A stretch of 42,273 nt of DNA from Halocafeteria seosinensis. Lineage: Eukaryota. Where the stretch lies: NCBI GenBank assembly GCA_001687465.1, contig LVLI01000950.1, forward strand, positions 1 to 42,273, written 5' to 3'. The first letter of the stretch is position 1; every line of letters begins with the position of its first letter. Both the position numbers and the translations under genes were made by a program. Positions 33,601 through 42,273 of this stretch are shown piece after piece. Below the pieces are notes generated by a model, which saw only the letters and a list, made by a program, of their open reading frames with translations, had not been told where the DNA came from and did not search any database.

Positions 33601-36600
33601 TTATCGTTTCAACAGGGAAGACCGTAAGGACCCTGTTTGCTCATCTCTGCAATTAAGACCAAGAATTTCACGGAGTATCGTCCACAGAGTTCGTTGTACG
33701 ACAAGACTTACCCCTTTCTCTCCAGCTCAAACGACGAGGCAGATTTTGAGTCTTTCGAAACTTGGCGCGTTAACCCTGGAGCAGGTCCTCGCTCTTCTTC
33801 CTGTTGAGCAGCAAAGTAATTGAATACCTGCTCGAGCGAAGTTTGTGACAAAGCATACTCCCGAATATTCTGTGTGCTGCGAGCACTCTCAAGCAAGTCA
33901 AACATTCTAGACAAACGCATGTTTTGAGGGGGGATTTTGAAGCTCAAAAGAGTTCCTTGGCGTTCAATCAGCTCACTATTCTCGAAGTTTGCGTAGACGA
34001 AATTGAGAACACTCTTGATTTGCTGCTCTTCCACCCACCAATCGCTCAATTCCCTTATGGAAACGGACCGATCTGTGGAACCCTCGATGCTGGAATAGAC
34101 CATCCAACCTGTACCGTCAGCATTGACTTCATCCAGCATTGATGGGTCGCCAAGTGCACCGCAAACAGTTGAAAGCTGGGCCTCAGAAACTCTGTCAACA
34201 GCTGATACTGAGCTCTTCACGGCTTGCTCTGTTTGCGCAATGTCTTCCTGGCTGGGATTATCCAGCTTGATCCTCATTTGGTACCCCTGAGCATGGGTGT
34301 TTTTGATGTGTTGAATGGATCCCAAACAGCGGAGTCTGCCTCCAACCATAATTCCTACACGAGTAGCTAATGCTTCACATTCCTCCATAGAATGTGTAGT
34401 AAGTACTATGGATGCTTCGCGTCGCGTAGTCGCAATGTCAGCAATGACATCCCACATCACACGTCGCGTCGCAGGATCCATTCCTGCAGGTGTGTGCATA
34501 CGTGAAGCCATACGCTAAAACTGCCTTCAGAATGCATTCACTTACCTGTACTAGGTTCGTCCAGAAAGAGGATTGGCGGATTCCCTATCAATGCAATGGC
34601 GACAGACAGTTTCCGTTTGTTACCACCAGAGAGAGACCCGGCTCGCTTATTCTCGAATTCCACCAAACTTAATTGTCTAATTTTAGCTTTTACTACAGAT
34701 TCGATTTCCTCATTTGGAATCCCCTGCAAGTAATATAGTTAACGCGTCTTAAAATTTCACGTCCTAATAACTACCAGCGTAGAGGACTAACTTTTATCCT
34801 TGCAAACAATTCCAGATGCTCCCGGACTGTTAGCAGCTCCAAGAGGGCTTCAAATTGAGGGCAATACCCTAGCAAAGTGCGAAGATGGTTTTGTTCCGAA
34901 ATGATGTCGTATCCCGCAAGCCGGGCTTGGCCCGACGTGGGAAGAATGTCTCCGGTTATCATCTTCTGTACATATAACGGGGACAGAAGTTACGAACCAT
35001 ATGAGTTCGAAACCATGCTACCACAACTACTTACCAATGTGGACGTTTTACCTGCTCCATTGATTCCAAGGAAGCCGAAAACTTCCCCAACCGGAACGCC
35101 AAAGCTGATGTCGCGAACGGCAACTTTGCTATCTCCGTATACCTTCCGAAGATGCTGCAAGAGTATTGCATCATCTGTTGCGGAATATGAATTGCCCTGC
35201 TTTTCGCATCGCTTTTCTTCTTCCAGGACATCGGGATCAATTTCGTTAGGTAGTAGGGAGCGTTCATTCGACGGCTTCGGTTTCCTTTGAAGTCTCTGTA
35301 GTATGTCAGGGCGGCTGAGTAAAAAGTCAATCCCGACGGTTATAGCAAAATAGATTACGCTCAGTAGGGCCATGTAGAGAATATTTGGCAACGCAGCGTC
35401 AGCGTCAAGCGCGGTAAGAGGAGCAGAAGCGTGAGCGGGACTTCCACTGCCTTGATCATGCCCGCACTTAGTCATTTGCCTCAAAACGGAGAGAAATGCT
35501 AGGTCCACCAAACCATTTCCCAATGCGTACCCTGGGAAGAACAAAAAGATATACTTTAATCCTTCATTGGCTTCGCAAGTGGAAGAGACCTGGCTCATTA
35601 TAAAAGAAGCAAGAACCATGATCATTGCCAACATATTGATGAAGAGCACGAAATTCTGGGCAGAACTGTAATTCTTGAAAAGGTAGGTCAAGCAGTACGT
35701 AAACCCAGACACTGACGTTCCATAGAGAAACAGAAGCAAAAACAAGGCTAAGAGTCTATCTCGATCAGTAGAAATCAATTCCTTGACGTCAAAAATGGCA
35801 ATCAGGATTATTGTCCCAGCCATCGGTAGTAAATAAGACGCAAAATCCCACAGAAATGTAGATATCCAATAAGCTGGAATTGAGACGCCAGAAATCAGCT
35901 GCTGATGTTTGGCTGCGATTTCTCGTTCCTTAACCACAAAAATAGCATAAGAAGCAGGAATGAAAGCAAACGCCAGAACTATAATTAGCGCCGCGGAGAA
36001 GCTCCCTATACCACTGATGAGCGTTTCTTGTCGCCCAGTAAAAGGAAGCGGGTGATTTCTGGTTGTAATGTAGGCATCAATCCCTTCGTCCCTGTAAAAA
36101 GCCCAATTCATGATATTCATGAAAATTGGGCACGCATGAAACGCCGTAGTATTCTGTTGGACTATATAAGTTGAAATGTTTTTGTTGGATCCAGGATCGA
36201 TCCCTGGCGGGACAAATGGCGCATACGAGCCATATATACTTGCTTTATAATCATTGCTGATATCCAATATATGCGTACTCAAGTTCACGAGTGGTTCGTA
36301 CTGGGTAAAGTTCGCTGCCGTCGCTGAACCAAATGTCCTCGAATAAAAGTGGAATATATCCTCCTGAGTTTGGGAATCCTCCAAAGAATAATGCAATTTT
36401 GAGACATTGACGTTCGGTATCATGCTGATCGCGTGATTGAAATATTCCAAGCGATCCACGTGACCCACACTATCATCGCTGCTATTCCACAAAAAACTCA
36501 TGTAAGGAACACGATTCGGCAGTGTGCTACCATCCGATTGTGTGTTAAACTTAGCAGAAGAGAGTTCATAACTAGAAAAGCCACTGATCTGTCCCGCGCG

Positions 36601-39600
36601 AATGAGCAAAAGGCCAAAAAGAACTGCTAAGATGGGAACAACGAGCTGAAAACATGCCGCTTTCGCGTCGCGCTTATAGTAATGAAATCGTTTCAAAACC
36701 AAAGCCCTAAAATGTCGCCCAAAAGAATCTTCGACTAGCTTTCTTGCATGTTCCCGGACTTGCTCTATCGACAACCCTTCAGCGTCGTATCCTCCTCGCA
36801 TTTCAGTAGCCTCTACAAGTGGTGTTTTGTCGTCGCTAAGTGGGGCCGCTATTCCCGAGTAATCCCCTGTAGACTTGTCTCTAGCAGACTGTTGAGTGGT
36901 TTCAGCCTCATCTTCATCGTGAGCAACGCGCAGAAACACCTCCTCAAGGGTCGTTGCAGAGAGCCCGTAGGTTTCGATACCATAAGTTCCGAGATTGTCA
37001 TCTAATTTTGACAAAATTGTCGGAAACTTGGAGGATGCATGCATTGGTAGACGCACAGAGAGCTCCGTCCCTACCTCCGACTGGATTTCGGCGTCGGGGA
37101 TATTCTGTCTAATCATGTTTATCATCTTTTTCTGGCCATCTTTCCCCGATTTCTTTACTGCAGTGAGCAGATATCTGTACCCAAAAAGTCGTGACGACCG
37201 TTTCCCAGCAGTAACGTGGACTGACTCAACACGTACCCTACACCGTATTTGTGCTTTAAGAACATGCCACTACCACAGCACTTAAGTTTGCCATTGGCCA
37301 TTATGCTGATCCTATCTCCTGCGAAAATAAAAAAACGTCATTGAAGGTACACAAATTCAAACCTTCATTCAAGCGTCTACTCAAATTACCTAAAATGTCA
37401 GCCTCGTCCATAAAGTGAGTGGTCATCAAGACAATACGATCCCGACGAGCATTTTGGATTATGTCCCAAGTCGATCTTCTAGAGTAAGGGTCCATTCCAG
37501 AAGTCTGAATGAGACGTCATACGAAACGTTAGCGTTACGTCTCTTTCTTTTTTCAACCGTAACTTACTGGCTCATCTAGCATGACCACTTTGGAGTTTCC
37601 AATCAGAGCTATAGCAACAGAAAGTTTTCTCTTTTGACCGCCAGAGAGTTGTTTCGATTTGACACGAACCTTCTCCGTTAGTCCTACTTCTTTAATGATA
37701 TCTCCAACAGCCGCATCTACTTCAGCCCTAGGAACTTCTTTCAACCCAGCAAAAAGCTTCAAGTGTTCTTCTACAGTAAGATTGTCCCATAGAACGTCGT
37801 GCTGGGGACAAACTCCGAGGTATTTCCGAATAGCATTCAGGTCTTCGGTAACGTCTTCATCATATACGTGCATTTTTCCCGAAGTAGGTGAAAGCAAGCC
37901 GGTAAGCATAGAGATTGTCGTTGTTTTTCCAGCACCGTTGTGCCCCAACAGCACGAAGACTTCACCTTCATGAATATTCATACTGAGATTGTCTACGGCG
38001 ACCTGCAGACAAAAGTTAAATATGCAATATACTCAACCATCCTCAATCTCAATGGTTGATTCCCTACCTTAAGGTTGCTTCCGGAGTCGAACTCTTTCCG
38101 GAGATTTTTGATACGAACGCCTTTGTTGTCTCGCTCTCTGGACAACATTTCGTTGCTAACTGGTTCAACAAGCGGATTACCTTGGGCAATCTCGTTGGTT
38201 GTTAACATATCATCCTTTTGTGGGTGTTTGTACGACTTTCGCATCTTGCAGCCGCATACACGCTTCCAATAGCCTGGTGTAAAACAGAACCAAGGAGATT
38301 GTCGAACTCCATACTCTCGAGGCCATACACTGTCAAAGTACCAGGCCAACATGAGGTATATGAGTGTATCAAGAATCATCATGAATATTCCAGTAGAAAA
38401 CGAGTAGTTTCTAAATTGCAAGGTCGCGTTTTCCCCAAATTTGACCCCTTGTCCTCGATCTTCGAAATTCGCCAAAACTACTACAGCTTGAGCGAACGCT
38501 GTCGGGGACAACAGAGAAGCAGCTGTCTTGCTTGAAAGCGAATGTGAAGGACCTTGAACGGCATAAAAAGGGAAAAAAGCCCCAAAATAAAGCAATACCC
38601 CTACTGTAGCTCCCGTCTTTGACCTGTTGAAAAACACTGCCACGAGGAAACAGAAAGCTGTGGTAGACACCCCAAATAGCAGAAATAGAAGGAACAACGC
38701 AAAAAAATCCGTATTTGAGAAGAACGAAGCGACTGTGATAATCGAGATAATGAGACTGACAGTCAAAAATACGAAAAAGTAAGTAAGAAACCATGACGAA
38801 TATAGTGCCGAAGTTGCCAGTCCCATCATTTGCATTCCTTCTCTGATCCGATTTTCTTTCTCCAGAACGATTCCTCGAATCAATGAACTCGTTGGGGCCA
38901 GAAACGTAATTAACAGAAAAATTGGTAATGCATTTTCAACAACGGTGTAAAACGCATTCGATGTAAATCCCTTCACTGGAAACGGGGCCATACGGACAGT
39001 TTGCGGAGCGTATAACTCTCCTCGAAATAACTCCTGTGCAAAAAACAACCAGTAAAGGTAGTAACTACTACAAGAAGACAAACCTCCTGTCACTCAAGAT
39101 ACATACTCGGAGCTCCTCTATGTCAGGCGTTGGGTGTATGCCCAGACGGGATAACTGCCAAAGATCATTGAAGCTGCGACGAACAGAAGGATTTGGACCC
39201 ATGAAGAAAACGTCGAAGACGGGCTGTTGACTTCGAAACACTTACAAAGCGTCGCCCACATGACCGTCAATTGTCCGATTTATTATGCATCGGTCTACCA
39301 TTCGCTGCAGCGTCAAGAATCCTGGCAGAGGTGCTCCCAAGAGCGAGTCCTTGGGGGCAGAATCAAAAGGCGAGTCCGCTCTGCAAACAACACCACAAGG
39401 ACATATCATCATACGACTAGTTTCCTTTTCGGTGCACACTTACTCGAGGTATTTCTGCTGATGGCCGGTATCAACACCCCTTTGTAAAATGTCCACGTTC
39501 TCGAACGTCGTCGGTACTGCAGAACTGTTCATTCGTATAGAATAATCCCAATGGCCTCCCCCTCTTCTGTCCACTTTGTTGAGCACTATTGCAGCAAAAT

Positions 39601-40141
39601 ACTGCAGTAATCAAGCACACTCAAGATAAACTCGTACCGACATTGTGCGCCACACCACAGCGAAGCGACTTACGATTTCATCGCCAGGGTTACTAGCATA
39701 GTTGTCCGACTTAATATCGTTTTCAAGTTGCTCTTGGCTATCCATGACCTTGGATACTTCCGAGAAACTTGGAGCTACGTGTGCAAGACCCGGATTCATA
39801 TCATTCAGCCTCTTTTGCAGCCATTGACAGTCCTCCTTGTTGACCTGATCAGTGCCGGGGGCCAACACGATCTTAGCATTCATTTTATTCAGGCGGAAGG
39901 CGGTGAGTCCGAATGGTAGAACAGGCTTATTATGCTTCCCTTCCTGGACTTCCCCATCTTCCCTCTGCACCAGATACTGCTGCGTCGCCGTATGGTCTTC
40001 ATTGACGGCATTATACACCCCAACGAGGATCAATACCAAGAGGACAGGCATCAATATTTCGCAAAGAGTCCCACATGGCGATCGTTTCTTGAGTATGTAG
40101 TTCTTACGCAGAAGAATGCCTGTTTGCCGCCAATACGACAT
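33601..40141 (-). CDS. ABCA: Full-length ABC transporter, subfamily A (copy 2, tandem paralog)
   Basis: Same TMD-NBD-TMD-NBD layout and motifs; ATG at 40141 ([14 protein letters not shown]). About 12 introns at positions matching copy 1; last exon 33601-33646. Confidence 0.95.
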
Positions 40142-40307
40142 CGTCTTGCCTGCCACTGTTTACGCCAAAAACAACACAAGGTAGTCCAAGGTAAAGTGTG
40201 TCTTGGGCTAAATACAACAACAACACCGCACACATACACTGAACTGTGTGTGTGAGTGGAGGCGCGGAATCTTGGGATCCTGAGATCTGACTCAGTCCCC
40301 GCAGGCC

Positions 40308-40321
40308 CCCGGGGCCCCGGG
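40308..40321. repeat. 14-bp GC-only palindrome CCCGGGGCCCCGGG upstream of ABCA copy 2
   Basis: Perfect palindrome, also flanked by AGGCC/GGCCT inverted ends. Confidence 0.7.
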
Positions 40322-40393
40322 CCTCTTCGCACGCAAGAACACTTGGTAAGTGGATGCGGTCAACTCCCCGGCCGGTGGGCGATCTGTCACATA

Positions 40394-40419
40394 TGTGTGT
40401 GTGTGTGTGTGTGTGTGTG
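40394..40419. repeat. (TG)13 microsatellite
   Basis: Read directly from the sequence. Confidence 0.95.
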
Positions 40420-42059
40420 AAGAACACTGGCTACCATGATGCGGACCTACGCCAGTGGGGGCCCACATGAAGCCGCTAACTCAATTGCATCGTGCATATT
40501 GTTTTGGATGAAACCGAAACGAGGCACATGATGAACATCCATGTGCTAGTTGTCCAGATAATGCCATGAATGCTAGTTGATGGAGCTGCTGGAGGCGACA
40601 TGTGGGATGTTCTTCGACGGCGTAAGATCCCCCAACTACGTGTACATTTCCACTTAGCCTTGGTAGGCCATAAATAATACACACTACTACGCTTCACGTT
40701 GTGGCGCACCAACGTGATAGACAGTTGGGCCAATGGGCCATCATCAGCGACCACACTGCAAACTGCTACAAACTTCTCGACGATATGCCATTCTCTTGGA
40801 CGAGTATTTTCAAATGTCTGTGTTGCCGCGTTTTAACTGGAAGTAGTTTTACACACAAATGTGTGTACAGTATCCCGCACGTTTGCTCTTTTGGAGTGTT
40901 GCATGTTAGACTATGTATTCACGGGACGGTGGAATTTTATGTGGCGCATGAGCATGGTTTCTGGAGTCCAAGCAATATTTTCAGGTCCAACTTAATGCTT
41001 TAACATCAAAATGTATAATATATAGTTTGCACTAGCCAAGTTGGTACAGTTCTTGGTACCTCTCGAATGGCCAACAACCGCTCATTCCTTCGCCCCAGCC
41101 GTATTCAATGGTAGGAAACAGATATTCGCGCTTTTTTATACCATAGCGCAGGTTCGGGCGTGTGCATCATGGATCGTGCGAAACCCTCATTTTGAACCTG
41201 GTTCCGCTGCACACTGAGGCGGATTCCATCAGTGTCCCCCACTCGCTCAGCAACACGAGCCGCAGTAAGTTGGTGACGTATACACGGCTCTAATACATTC
41301 CATGGACTCGAAGTAAGAATGGATACTCTAAATCGGTTGATGATTCCCGTGGTAACGGTTCCCGTTGCTGGACAGATTCTACTTGAACTACAAAAGGAGA
41401 AAAGTATGTCCTCGTAGCACGAACGTCCTCCTGTTCTGCATTGCTAATGCGCTGTTTGTTGGTATTCCTCGAGAGGTTTTCAAGCCGATGTATTGGTAAG
41501 TAGCTTCCACTTTCACCGCTATACGCCTAGTCTATGTACATCTTCGTTCCAGATCTATTCTGGACTCCTTTTTTATTACCGTAGATAGATGGCATGTCCG
41601 CACTTGGAAGTTCGTTTGCTTGGTCCTCTGTGCACGGCTCATTGGTCCGGGGTTATAACTTACAAGTCGATTTGCTTTCAGTCTCCTGAATCCTTAGCGT
41701 TTGGAATAGCTCATGCCCTTCCGAGTCCTGTTCTTGCATACCGGTGGTAGTGCCTTTTGTCGAGACTCGGACGCATCGCTGGCATACGTACGCGTCTGCC
41801 ATAGCATTCATTCATTCCTTTAACATCAGTCAGAACCACTTCTTCTCCACATGAAATAATGGTCAACATCCGAGGTTTTTACGTCTTATTTGATGAAGAA
41901 TAATCATTACAAAGCAGAACTTCCACCGCGCATCCTCGCCTCTGTCGTACGACTGTGCCCCCCCCCAATGGCTCGTTTTGTATATAGAATAGTTTCCTCA
42001 TAGAGAGGGATTGTTGTAGTTTATCATCTATTTTTATCATACATGTGCATCGTGCCAAC

Positions 42060-42273
42060 ATGCAGCGAGTGATCTCTGCCATCTTTTGCTCCCAGGAGAC
42101 GGAGACCCGAGATGCCTTGACAACTGGAAACAGCAGTGCGCCCAGCACATTATACACACTTTCCAGCACTCCCACCGTTCCATCCTCTGTGTCATGGAAT
42201 CGTCCGTATGGAGTCTCTACAACGCATACAACAGCTGGAGGAGGAGACAATAGGCAATCCAAGGCGTTTGAGG
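42060..42273 (+). CDS. Possible 5' end of a gene with a Ser/Thr-rich N-terminus, running off the window
   Basis: Open frame MQRVISAIFCSQETETRDALTTGNSSAPSTLYTLSSTPTVPSS... to the window end; no homology recognised. Confidence 0.4.
   Translation, partial: MQRVISAIFCSQETETRDALTTGNSSAPSTLYTLSSTPTVPSSVSWNRPYGVSTTHTTAGGGDNRQSKAFE

Noticed and set aside
26426..40141. ABCA ORF fragments as pseudogenes or separate half-transporters
   Set aside because: The breaks I checked coincide with phase-consistent GT-AG introns shared by both copies.
40430..41050. Short hairpins (40524-40546, 40850-40867) and ORFs as a transposon remnant
   Set aside because: No terminal repeats, target-site duplication or transposase/RT motifs; the stems are short enough to be chance.
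41494..41553. Junction-spanning TGA as selenocysteine
   Set aside because: No selenoprotein motif or SECIS recognised, and the junctions themselves are hypothetical.
1..42273. CRISPR arrays, operons, or prokaryotic defence/mobile systems
   Set aside because: The DNA is eukaryotic with spliceosomal introns, and I saw no regularly spaced direct repeats or such genes.

Overview
Compact, intron-containing eukaryotic genomic DNA using the standard genetic code, with short (~47-80 nt) GT-AG introns and short intergenic spacers. The gene families suggest a heterotrophic protist, plausibly a stramenopile (inference only). In order: the 5' part of a very large secreted Cys-rich CxxCxxG-repeat protein (minus, runs off the window start), MCTS1/Tma20, a divergent VPS35, a large hypothetical protein whose stop codon overlaps the VPS35 stop, CNOT11, a small protein with three copies of an unfamiliar motif, a TmcB/TmcC-like membrane protein, a possible Roadblock-fold protein, tRNA-Val(TAC), two tandem full-length ABCA transporters, and a poorly resolved right end. 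I found no mobile element, CRISPR array or prokaryotic system, and nothing I can honestly call a complete new biological system. The best leads are the three-repeat small protein, the acid-free Arg/Tyr-rich N-terminus and RxL-bearing linker of the Cys-rich protein, a terminal exon shared by both ABCA copies and missed by the ORF track, a one-intron difference between those copies, and the shared CTAG stop. All exon models were read by eye.
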